Assembly (NCBI GenBank): GCA_963727485.1
Contig: CAVSGM010000003.1
Span: 576,001-640,000, forward strand
Direction: 5' to 3'
Origin: an uncultured delta proteobacterium
Lineage (GTDB): Bacteria; Myxococcota; Myxococcia; SLRQ01
Length of the DNA: 64,000 nucleotides
Shown here: positions 52,247-61,252 of the stretch, one piece after another
Position numbering within the stretch: position 1 is the stretch's first letter
How the letters are laid out: each line of letters opens with the position of its first letter
Program-made: the position numbers and the translations under genes
Notes under the pieces: model-generated
The model's database searches: none
What the model saw: the letters and a program-made list of their open reading frames with translations, nothing else
What the model was told of the DNA's origin: nothing

Positions 52247-55200
52247 ATGAGAAGCACCTGGAAGCACGCGGCTGCGGGCCTGGCCCTGGTGACGCTGGCC
52301 GTCACCGGTGGTTGCGACTGTGGCAAACAGACGAACACCTGCAGCCGGCCCACGGTGACCATCACCTCGCCGAAGGACGGGACCACCCTCTCGGCGGCCG
52401 ACGACAGCAACGCCAGCCTCGCCGGGGTGCAGGTGACCGTGAAGGCCACCACCGACACCTGCGTCCAGAACGACTCCACCGCCACCCTGGTGGTGAACGA
52501 CGACACCAACCTCGCCCGGTCGGCCTTCGTGACCGCCGGGAAGGTGAGCTTCCAGAACGTCACCCTGGTGCCCGCCGACGCCGCCGGCGACCTCACGATC
52601 ACCGTGAGCATCCGGGACAAGGGCACCGGGCTGGTGGCCAAGAGCACGGTGAACCTGGTGCTCCAGACCTCCGGGGGCCCGGTGTGCCGGTTCACGGCGC
52701 CCACCGACGGCCAGACCCTCGGCGCCTCCGACGACGCCGACGCCAACACCCCCGGCTTCCAGCACGACGTCACCGTCACCTGCGACACGGATCTCACCGG
52801 GACCCCGGCGAACCTCACCATCGACGGGGCGCCGGTGCCCTCGGCGATCTTCGCCGGGCAGACCGTGACCTTCCCCAAGGAGACCTTCTCCGAGGGGCAG
52901 AACGTCCTCTCGGCCTCGGTGGCCACCGGCGCCGGCACCTGGAACGGGAAGGCGAACGTCACCGTCGACACCCCCGCCTGCGAGATCCACCTCTCGCCCG
53001 CCGGGGCCAAGGTCTTCAACCTCGACGGCGACCCGCCCCGGCTCCCCGGGCGCCAGGCCATCGCCGACGCCGACGCCACCGCGCCGGGGATCCAGGCGGC
53101 GTTCACCGCCACCAGCCCCGACTGCCAGGGGAGCGACGCGGTGCTGGTGGTCGACGGCACCGACGCCAAGACGGTGAGCGTGACCGGGACGTCGGTGGAC
53201 TTCGGCACCGTGGATCTCCCGGATGGCACCGACGTCCCGGTGTGGATCGACGTGCGCCAGGCCACCGGGGGCACCGGGCCCACGGGTCGCTCGGTGACCC
53301 AGAGCTTCGTGGTCTCCTCGGCCCGGCCGTCGCCGGTGGTGACCTTCCCCGCCCAGAACGGGACCCTCGGGCCCGCCGCCGACACCGACGGCGATCCCTC
53401 CAACGGGATCCAGGCCGACCTCTTGGTCGAGGCGCCGAACCTCGCGGCGAACAGCAGCCAGACCGCAGGCGATGGCGCCCTCATCGAGGCGACCCTCACC
53501 GAGGTGTCCACGGGCACCCAGACCACCCTCACCTGCCTGGTGGGCGTGGACCACTGCGTCGACGCCACCGACCCCAACGTCTACCACCTGCCCCTGGACC
53601 TCGCGACCGACGGAGCCTGGAAGGTCACGGTGAAGGTGACGGGGCCCGCGGGGAACGTGGGCACCGCCGGCCCGGTGGACTTCGCCTCGAACGCCAACGC
53701 GGTGGGGGTCTCCATCGACTCGCCGGCGGCGGGGGCGAGCGTGAGCCTGGCCACCGCCGGGGTCACCGGGACCACGGTGCCGGTGCAGGTCTCCGCCCAG
53801 GGCGTGGCCGCGGGGGCGCCGGTGACGGTGCTGTGCACCGGGGCCACGGCGCCGGCCCAGGGCACCCTCGACGCCAGCGGCACCGCCACGGTCCCGGTGG
53901 ACTTCGGCAGCGCGCCCTGTGACGGGGTGCAGACCAGCTGCACCGCCACGGTGACCACCGGGGGCTCGGACCTCACCAGCGCCAAGGTCGACTTCCACGT
54001 GGACCTCACGGCGCCGACGCTGGCCATCGTGGCGCCGGCGGACGGGGCCACGGTCTTCGACTCCTCGGTCTCGGTGGAGGTGGTCAGCCAGTGCCTCGAG
54101 GACGGGCAGACCATCACCGTGACCAGCGACGGCGGCGCCACCGGGAGCGCCAAGGCGTCGGGGAACGCCGCGGTGGTGCCCCTGACCCTCCCCAGCGGCA
54201 CCCACGTGCTCACCGCCGCCGCCACCGACCAGGCGGGCAACCCGGCGACCAGCTCGCCTTCGAGCCTCACCGTCGACGCCAACCCCCCGAGCGTGGTCTT
54301 CGTGGCGCCCACCGACGCCCTGGTGCTCACCGGCGCCGACGACGCCGACACCTCGAAGGCCGGGTTCCAGCACGACGTGACCGTCCAGGTGGCCAACAAG
54401 CCCGCGGGCACCGAGGTGGTGCTCCTGGTGGGCTACGACGACGGGGGCCAGACCGTGTGGCGCGCGCCCCTGGGGCCGGTGGCCACCTCGGGGGCCAGCC
54501 TCAAGGCGACCTTCCCGGCGGTGGATCTCCCGGAGGGGGCGTTCCAGCTCGAGGCGGTGGCGACGGGTCCCTCGGGGCTCAAGGGCCAGAAGACCATCGG
54601 GCTCACGGTGAACACGGGGCTGCCCAGCTGCAACATCGTGGCGCCCACCGACGGCGCCTCCCTGGGGCTCCCCGCCGACGCCAACGCCAATCCCTCGGAC
54701 GGGATCCAGACCGACGTCCGGGTGCGGACCTCGGCGGCCGACGGCAAGACGGTCTCCCTGACCCTGGTCGACGGGACGGGGACCAGCCACACCCTCACCG
54801 GGACGGTGAGCGGCGGCGAGGCGGTGTTCTCCTCGGTGTCGTTCACCACGGCGACCGGGTCGCAGACCGGGCAGAACACCCTGGACGCGGTGTGTGACGC
54901 CGGGAGCGCCAGCCCCGGCCACGCCCTGACCAACCAGGTCGACGTGGACCTCGAGCCGCCGGCGGCGGCGCTGGTGACCCCGGTGGACGGCACGGTGTTC
55001 AACGCCGCCAGCCTCGACCAGAGCGCCGACCCCGGGTTCCAGGTGGACGTGGTGGCCAAGGCCACCAACCCCTCCAGTGGCCAGAGCGTGAAGGTGGGCG
55101 CCACCGGGACGTTGTCGGTGACCTGCGGGGGCCAGGCGCAGGCGCCGCAGACCACGACCTTCGACACCTGGCAGGGCCAGATCGAGGCGCGGTTCAAGGC

Positions 55201-58200
55201 GACCCTGGTGGACCAGCAGAGCTGCACCTTGAGCTTCGTGGCCACGGACCTCGCCGGCAACAAGAGCGCCCCGGCGACGGCGACGGTGGCGGTGGACCGG
55301 GTGCCGCCGACGGTGGCGATCTCGGCGCCGGCGGACGGGACCCTCTTCGGGGCGGTGGACGACGCCTCGGCGGGGACCGCCGGGTTCCAGCACGACGTGA
55401 CGGTGACCTACTCGGGGGTGGAGAGCGGTCAGCCGGTGCACCTGTTCTTCACCCGGCTCTCCGCCGGGGGCACTGCGGTGGAGGATCCCGGCAGCCCGCA
55501 CACGGTGGGGTCGGGGTCGCTGACCGGCTACACCTTCCCGGCGGTCACCTACACGCCGAACACCGATGACCAGGTGACGATCCAGGTGACGGTGACCGAC
55601 GCCGCCGGGAACCAGGCCTCGGCGTCGGTGGGGGTCACGGTGGACATGACGGCGCCGCAGGTGGCCATCACCCGGCCCACCAGCGGGGGCGCGTGCATCA
55701 ACGTGTTCAACGACTTCGACTTCTCCAAGCCGGGGATCCAGACCCAGGTGAACGTCGACACCTCGGGGGTGGCCAACGGGCTGCCGCTGACCTTGTGCAG
55801 CACCACGGGGACGGGGACGGCCTGCGGGACCAGCGGCTTCTTCCAGGTGGCCCAGAGCACGGTGAGCGGGAACACGGTGTTCTTCCAGTCCATCGACCTC
55901 ACCGAGGGCAGCCAGCAGCTCGAGGCCGAGAGCGCCGACCAGGCCGGCAACACCGCGGCCTCGGCGCCGGTGACGGTGTGCGCCGACTCCATTCCCCCGG
56001 TGGTCACGGCGCTGACGGTGCCCGCGGACACCAACGGGGACGGGTCGGTGAGCGCCGCCGAGCTCCAGGCGGCCGGCGGCCAGCTCTGCTTCGACGCCGC
56101 GGTGACCGGGGCCGACGGGCGGACCCTGACGATCTACACGAACAACCCGGCGGCCAAGACGGTGGTGGGCACGGGGACGGTGTCGGGTGGCGCGGTGCAG
56201 GTGTGCGGGAGCGTGCCCGAGGGCGGGCAGCAGATCACCGCCTATGTCACCGACGTCAACGGCAACCCCAACCTCAACGCCTCGAACCCGACCATCACCG
56301 ATCCGGCGGCGGTGATCCCGCTGGTGAAGGACACGGTGCCGCCGACCCTCACGGTGACGGCGCCCAGCGGCACGGTGCTCAACGGGACCACGGACGGGAA
56401 CACGGCGACGCCCGCGTGGGACGGGGCGTTCACGGTCGCGAGTGACGCCGAGGGCCAGACGGTCACCTTCACGGTGGACGGGGCCGCGGCGGGCACGGCG
56501 GTGGTCACGGGGGGCACGGCGAGCGTGAACGTGTCGCTCGGGAACAACACCAGCCACACCCTGGCGGCGGTGGTCACGGACGCGGCGGGGAACCAGAGCA
56601 CGGTGTCCCAGACGGTGCAGGTGGACACCACGCCGCCGACGGTGACGATCACCTCGCCGACGGGCGGGAGCTTCGTGAACACCAACTCGGTGGCGGTGAC
56701 GGTGAACGTGACCGGCTCCTCGGCGGGGAGCCCGCTGACGATCACGCGGACGGACACCTCGACCCAGCTCGCCAGCACCACGGTGGCGGCGACCCAGCCG
56801 CAGACGGTGACGGTGAACATCGCCGACGGGACGCCCACCCTGGTGGCCACGGCCCAGGACTCGGCGGGCAACGTCGGGACCTCGAGCCCGGTGAGCTTCA
56901 CGGTGAAGACCACCGGCTGCTCCATCGTGTTCGTGACGCCGTCGACGGCGACGGTCACCTGGAACGCCTCGGACGACGCCGACCCGGCGACGCCGGGCCT
57001 CCAGACGACCCTGGTCGCCGAGACCAGCAACTGCCAGGGCCGGACCATCACCCTCCTGAAGAACGGCACCCAGGTGGCGGCGACCGCCTCGGCCGCGGGC
57101 ACCGGCCAGGCCTCGTTCCCGGTGACCCTGAACGACGGCGAGACCGGGACCTTCACCGCCCAGATGACCGACCAGGCGAACAACGTCACCTCGTCGAGCT
57201 TCACCTTCACGGTGGACATCACCGCGCCGACCCTGGCGTGGACCGCGCCGACGGCCACCAAGCTCGCCTACGTGACGGCCACCAACCCCACGGTGGGCAC
57301 GGTGGTGAACGGGTACCTGCGCATCGCCGACACCGGCGCCGCGCCGGGGGCCCAGGCGTCGTTGTCCTTCGACGCGACGGGCGCGCAGGGTGGGACCCTG
57401 GTGATCACCCTGGGCGCCACCACGGTCTACTCGGCCTCGGTGACCGCCGACCCCCAGACCGTGACGCAGACGGTGACCCTGCCCCAGGACGCGGCGGGGA
57501 CCCTCACCGCGACGCTGACCGACGCCGCCGGGAACGCGGTCAGCGTGACCCGCGACGTCCTGGTGGACGTGGTGGCGCCGGCCGCCCCGACGGTGACGAC
57601 GTCACTGGTGAACGACCGGACGGCGACGGTGGGCGTGACCTGGACCGCGGTCGGCGACGACGGGGCCGCCACCGGCACCCCGGCGGGCTACGAGGTCCGC
57701 TGGGCTACGTCCCCGATCACCGACGACGCCACGTTCTCCACCGCGACCCTGGCGACCACCGCGGCGCCCACGGCCACGTCGTACTCCCTGACGCCGCTGC
57801 CGCCGCTGAACACCTACTCGGTGGCGGTGCGGGCCAAGGACGAGCTGGACAACATGTCCCCGGTGACCGTGGGGACCGACGTGGCCAGCCAGGCGAACAT
57901 GTGGACCGAGCAGCTGATCAATGGCGAAGGCGGGTACTTTGCCTTCGGCATGACAAGTCGAGGTGCAGACCTCAACCATGACGGCTACGACGACCTTGTC
58001 GTCGGTGCCTACAACTACACGGTCTCCAATCCGTCGTCTGGAACGGGGGCGGGCCGTGGCGCCGTCTACATCGTCTACGGGGGACCGGATCCGACCAATC
58101 TCACCGTGCAGAAGATCGTCGGCCAGACCGACGGTGAGAACTTCGGATACCGGATCGACACCGGCGACGTGAACGGCGACGGCATCCCCGATCTCATCGT

Positions 58201-59194
58201 TGGTGGCGCCGGCTACAACTCGGGCCAGGGTCGCGCCTTCATCTACTTCGGCGTGGACAGCACCAAGGGCGTGACCCAGATCAATTCCGCCAGTGCCATC
58301 GAGCTCCGCGGCACCAACGCCACCACCGGACAGTTCGGGCGGTCGTTCGCGGTCGTCGGTGACGTGAACGGCGATGGCATCCAGGACCTGGCGGTATCCG
58401 CCCGGCAGGAGGGGCCGAACAAGGAAGGCAAGGTCTACGTCTTCTACGGGCGCTCGGCGGCCACATGGCAGTCGGACGCCACGGCGAAGGGCTACCTGGA
58501 CACCAGCGATGCCAACCTGAGCTTCATCGGGACCACCACGGACGGCAACTTCGGCTACCGCTTCGGCCTCGCCGGCATTGGGGACATCGACGGTGACGGC
58601 AAGAGCGACCTGGTAATTCCGCAGTACTACACGGACCCGTCCAGCGTCGCGAGCAACAGCCTCTACGTGTTCCGCAGCTCGGACTTCCTGACCGCGGCCC
58701 AACCGGTGCCGGCGAGCGCGGCATTCCAGCATCTGGTGCCGACCGGATCGAGTCGCATCGGGTTCGATGGCCTGACCCTCTCACCGGACGGTACCTCCAA
58801 CTACCTCGTCGAGACGGACATCGCGGCAGCCACGGCGCGGCTCTACTCCATCGGGAGCAGTGGTCTGGCGACGCCTCCCGCCGAGTCCCTCGCCGCGCCG
58901 CCAGTCACGACCAACTACGGATACAGCGTCGCAGCCGGGGACTTGAACGGAGACGGCCGAACCGACCTCGTCCTGGGGAGCAATGGCTCGGCTACCAACA
59001 AGGTCTACCTTTATTTCAATCGCGGACAGAGCCCATTCTTCGGCAACGGTGCTCCTGATACAACTCTCCAGCGTACTGGCTTCTTCGGGACCAGCGTCTG
59101 GGTGGGTGACATCAACGGGGACGGCAAGCTGGACCTTGCAGCGGGCGCCGTGAACGACAATGGGGGCTTGGGCTACGTTCATATCTGGTACTAG
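52247..59194 (+). CDS. giant surface lipoprotein: tandem Ig-like repeats, FN3 domain, C-terminal FG-GAP beta-propeller
   Basis: Signal ending TGGCDCG; many TDxAGN / VDxxxP Ig repeats; WTAVGDDG..GYEVRW FN3; six clear DxNGDG..DL FG-GAP repeats; GGAGG RBS before the ATG at 52247. Confidence 0.88.
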   Translation: MRSTWKHAAAGLALVTLAVTGGCDCGKQTNTCSRPTVTITSPKDGTTLSAADDSNASLAGVQVTVKATTDTCVQNDSTATLVVNDDTNLARSAFVTAGKVSFQNVTLVPADAAGDLTITVSIRDKGTGLVAKSTVNLVLQTSGGPVCRFTAPTDGQTLGASDDADANTPGFQHDVTVTCDTDLTGTPANLTIDGAPVPSAIFAGQTVTFPKETFSEGQNVLSASVATGAGTWNGKANVTVDTPACEIHLSPAGAKVFNLDGDPPRLPGRQAIADADATAPGIQAAFTATSPDCQGSDAVLVVDGTDAKTVSVTGTSVDFGTVDLPDGTDVPVWIDVRQATGGTGPTGRSVTQSFVVSSARPSPVVTFPAQNGTLGPAADTDGDPSNGIQADLLVEAPNLAANSSQTAGDGALIEATLTEVSTGTQTTLTCLVGVDHCVDATDPNVYHLPLDLATDGAWKVTVKVTGPAGNVGTAGPVDFASNANAVGVSIDSPAAGASVSLATAGVTGTTVPVQVSAQGVAAGAPVTVLCTGATAPAQGTLDASGTATVPVDFGSAPCDGVQTSCTATVTTGGSDLTSAKVDFHVDLTAPTLAIVAPADGATVFDSSVSVEVVSQCLEDGQTITVTSDGGATGSAKASGNAAVVPLTLPSGTHVLTAAATDQAGNPATSSPSSLTVDANPPSVVFVAPTDALVLTGADDADTSKAGFQHDVTVQVANKPAGTEVVLLVGYDDGGQTVWRAPLGPVATSGASLKATFPAVDLPEGAFQLEAVATGPSGLKGQKTIGLTVNTGLPSCNIVAPTDGASLGLPADANANPSDGIQTDVRVRTSAADGKTVSLTLVDGTGTSHTLTGTVSGGEAVFSSVSFTTATGSQTGQNTLDAVCDAGSASPGHALTNQVDVDLEPPAAALVTPVDGTVFNAASLDQSADPGFQVDVVAKATNPSSGQSVKVGATGTLSVTCGGQAQAPQTTTFDTWQGQIEARFKATLVDQQSCTLSFVATDLAGNKSAPATATVAVDRVPPTVAISAPADGTLFGAVDDASAGTAGFQHDVTVTYSGVESGQPVHLFFTRLSAGGTAVEDPGSPHTVGSGSLTGYTFPAVTYTPNTDDQVTIQVTVTDAAGNQASASVGVTVDMTAPQVAITRPTSGGACINVFNDFDFSKPGIQTQVNVDTSGVANGLPLTLCSTTGTGTACGTSGFFQVAQSTVSGNTVFFQSIDLTEGSQQLEAESADQAGNTAASAPVTVCADSIPPVVTALTVPADTNGDGSVSAAELQAAGGQLCFDAAVTGADGRTLTIYTNNPAAKTVVGTGTVSGGAVQVCGSVPEGGQQITAYVTDVNGNPNLNASNPTITDPAAVIPLVKDTVPPTLTVTAPSGTVLNGTTDGNTATPAWDGAFTVASDAEGQTVTFTVDGAAAGTAVVTGGTASVNVSLGNNTSHTLAAVVTDAAGNQSTVSQTVQVDTTPPTVTITSPTGGSFVNTNSVAVTVNVTGSSAGSPLTITRTDTSTQLASTTVAATQPQTVTVNIADGTPTLVATAQDSAGNVGTSSPVSFTVKTTGCSIVFVTPSTATVTWNASDDADPATPGLQTTLVAETSNCQGRTITLLKNGTQVAATASAAGTGQASFPVTLNDGETGTFTAQMTDQANNVTSSSFTFTVDITAPTLAWTAPTATKLAYVTATNPTVGTVVNGYLRIADTGAAPGAQASLSFDATGAQGGTLVITLGATTVYSASVTADPQTVTQTVTLPQDAAGTLTATLTDAAGNAVSVTRDVLVDVVAPAAPTVTTSLVNDRTATVGVTWTAVGDDGAATGTPAGYEVRWATSPITDDATFSTATLATTAAPTATSYSLTPLPPLNTYSVAVRAKDELDNMSPVTVGTDVASQANMWTEQLINGEGGYFAFGMTSRGADLNHDGYDDLVVGAYNYTVSNPSSGTGAGRGAVYIVYGGPDPTNLTVQKIVGQTDGENFGYRIDTGDVNGDGIPDLIVGGAGYNSGQGRAFIYFGVDSTKGVTQINSASAIELRGTNATTGQFGRSFAVVGDVNGDGIQDLAVSARQEGPNKEGKVYVFYGRSAATWQSDATAKGYLDTSDANLSFIGTTTDGNFGYRFGLAGIGDIDGDGKSDLVIPQYYTDPSSVASNSLYVFRSSDFLTAAQPVPASAAFQHLVPTGSSRIGFDGLTLSPDGTSNYLVETDIAAATARLYSIGSSGLATPPAESLAAPPVTTNYGYSVAAGDLNGDGRTDLVLGSNGSATNKVYLYFNRGQSPFFGNGAPDTTLQRTGFFGTSVWVGDINGDGKLDLAAGAVNDNGGLGYVHIWY

Positions 59195-59202
59195 GTGAGA
59201 AC

Positions 59203-59364
59203 ATGGAAGAGTCGCGCAACAAGGAGCAGCGTCGGCGGTACGCGCCTCCGGCGGTCTCCACCGAGAGCCTGCCGCTGCTGCCGCTCGTGGAGTTGACCTC
59301 GGGCGGCACGGGCATCGGTGGCAACAGTCTGCCGAAGAAGCCAGGGCAACCACCCCCGCAGTAA
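59203..59364 (+). CDS. 53-aa putative RiPP precursor with lasso-type leader (not in ORF track)
   Basis: MEESRNKEQRRRYAPPAVSTESLPLLPLVELTSGGTGIGGNSLPKKPGQPPPQ*; AGGTGA SD overlapping the upstream stop; YxxPxV and T-x|G motifs. Confidence 0.7.
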   Translation: MEESRNKEQRRRYAPPAVSTESLPLLPLVELTSGGTGIGGNSLPKKPGQPPPQ

Positions 59365-59413
59365 CGCTGGGTGACGTCCGCGAGGCTCGCTACGTGTCTC
59401 CCGATCTTGAGCC

Positions 59414-60070
59414 ATGGACTGCCGCCGGTCCCTGGGGGCTCGTGCGGGTCGAGCGCGGTCGCCCAGACGTGGTGGACTGCGGATCGCAGTAGGCACCGCC
59501 AGACCAGTTGGAGTGGAGGTTTCTGGCGAACGGTACTTGGTGGCGCCCTGTCCCGATGGGGTCATGGGGCTGGTCCAACGCGCCATCCTGGCCGCGCATG
59601 TTGAATCGAGCGGGGGCTTTGTACTTCACGCCTCGGCGGTCGTCTCCGAGGGCGTTGACGCAACCCTCTTTCTGGGGCGGAGCGGGTCGGGCAAGACCAC
59701 GGTCTCCACCCAGGCGAAGGGCGCCCTTCTTGGGGACGACACCGTCGTCATCTGGCGCGGCGAGAGGGGCCTGGAAGTGGTTTCCACACCCTTTGTGAGC
59801 GATGGCGGGCGCTTGGCGGAGACACGCAGCGGGACGCCGCGCGCCGTGTGTACGCTTCGGTGGGGCACTTCGCCTCGGCTAGATCGCCTTGACGACCGCG
59901 TCGCGTTGCGGGCGCTGGTGGAGAGCATCTATCGTCCACTCGGTCCGACCCTCAACCTGGCGGTCGCCAAGAGCCTCTTGGATCTCGTCGGCATGACCAG
60001 GGCGTACCGGCTCACCTTCCCTCGCGAGTACCGCTTCGATCCATCGATTTTCGAGACCGAGGCAGGGTGA
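59414..60070 (+). CDS. HPr kinase-like P-loop protein (N-terminus uncertain)
   Basis: GGFVLHASAV, FLGRSGSGKTT, LLGDD, STPF. Confidence 0.8.
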   Translation: MDCRRSLGARAGRARSPRRGGLRIAVGTARPVGVEVSGERYLVAPCPDGVMGLVQRAILAAHVESSGGFVLHASAVVSEGVDATLFLGRSGSGKTTVSTQAKGALLGDDTVVIWRGERGLEVVSTPFVSDGGRLAETRSGTPRAVCTLRWGTSPRLDRLDDRVALRALVESIYRPLGPTLNLAVAKSLLDLVGMTRAYRLTFPREYRFDPSIFETEAG

Positions 60071-60081
60071 ACGTCGCTCCT

Positions 60082-61176
60082 CTAGAGAAGCAAGGGGAAC
60101 GGGATGGGTGCGCTGAGGGCTGACTCACCTGCGGTCTCGCGCGCCCAGCCCAGGGCGTCGTCAATCTCCCCGCCATGCCGCGACCGAAGCTCGGCCAGCT
60201 CCGTGGCCCTCTCCGTGCGTCCGTAGGTCCGTCCGGACTTGGCATGTCTCCCGAGCAGAGGGGCCAATCGCGTCTCCGCATCCGGGATCGCCTCCAGGCC
60301 GAAGAAGCTGGCCGCGGCGTCGACCGCGGCCCCGACGTCCTGTACCAACCGCTCGGTGGACAGCGTCCGTAGCCGGTCCGCTCCGAGCTTCGCCGAGGCA
60401 TCCCGAATCGCAGACATGTGACTGGTCCAGAGCGCGACCGCGATGCGGCCTGGAGGCATCTGGGGATGGGGCATCTCGGCGCCAGGGACCAGCGGCAAGA
60501 ACCCGCGCTCGAACCACGTGGCCCGTTGTCGGAGCCACTCACGGCGCTCCTCCGACTTGATGGCGGACGCGATGAAGGTGGCGGGGGAGGTGAAGAGGAA
60601 GATGCCCCGGCTCTCGGGCCGGGCACGGAAGAGCTGTTCCAGCCCGAGCGTCGCCGAATCGGACGCCTTGACGATGGTCGCTACCTGGCCGGTTCGGTGG
60701 CGCGCCAGGAGATGGAGAACCAGCCGCAGGGCCTCGATGGCCTCTTGGCGGCGGGTCGGCTCGCTCGCCGTCTTGGCGAGGGCCTTCACGGCGCCGTGGA
60801 GCCCCTCCGGTTCTCGGCGAGCCAGCGAGCGCGTTGTTGCCGCGAGGGCTCGAGACATCAGCGTGGACCCGCAAAACGCGTGGTGAAGGATGAAGTGCAG
60901 GGGGTCCGAAGGGGGCCTCGCCTGTGCGAATCGTCTGAGGAGGTAGGGGAGCGGTAGAAGGATCGCGTCTGGCGTCGCCTCTCGAATGGCCACCACGCCA
61001 TGGAAGGCCAGGGCGGCATGACGCGCCCAGTCTGCCGGCACGAAACCCATCGTGCCCTCCTCGAGGTCGACCGTGACCGGCTCGAGATCGGGCGACTCGA
61101 AGAGGTGAGCGAGCTGGGCGACCAACCGCTGCGCAGCTTCGGGGTCGTTGATCGCTGGACGGCCAGGCTTCTCCAC
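60082..61176 (-). CDS. sulfotransferase-like P-loop protein
   Basis: FILHHAFCGSTLMSRAL (PAPS 5'-binding-loop-like), REP, IVKAS, IFLFTSP..FIAS, RHAK; GTG start at 61176 assumed. Confidence 0.65.
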   Translation of the reverse strand: MEKPGRPAINDPEAAQRLVAQLAHLFESPDLEPVTVDLEEGTMGFVPADWARHAALAFHGVVAIREATPDAILLPLPYLLRRFAQARPPSDPLHFILHHAFCGSTLMSRALAATTRSLARREPEGLHGAVKALAKTASEPTRRQEAIEALRLVLHLLARHRTGQVATIVKASDSATLGLEQLFRARPESRGIFLFTSPATFIASAIKSEERREWLRQRATWFERGFLPLVPGAEMPHPQMPPGRIAVALWTSHMSAIRDASAKLGADRLRTLSTERLVQDVGAAVDAAASFFGLEAIPDAETRLAPLLGRHAKSGRTYGRTERATELAELRSRHGGEIDDALGWARETAGESALSAPIPFPLLL

Positions 61177-61252
61177 GGCGCAAGTGTAGGCGAGCACCCT
61201 CGGCGCCACCAATCGCTGGCTTGGCGTGCTAGCCTCGGGGCCAGGCAACTCC

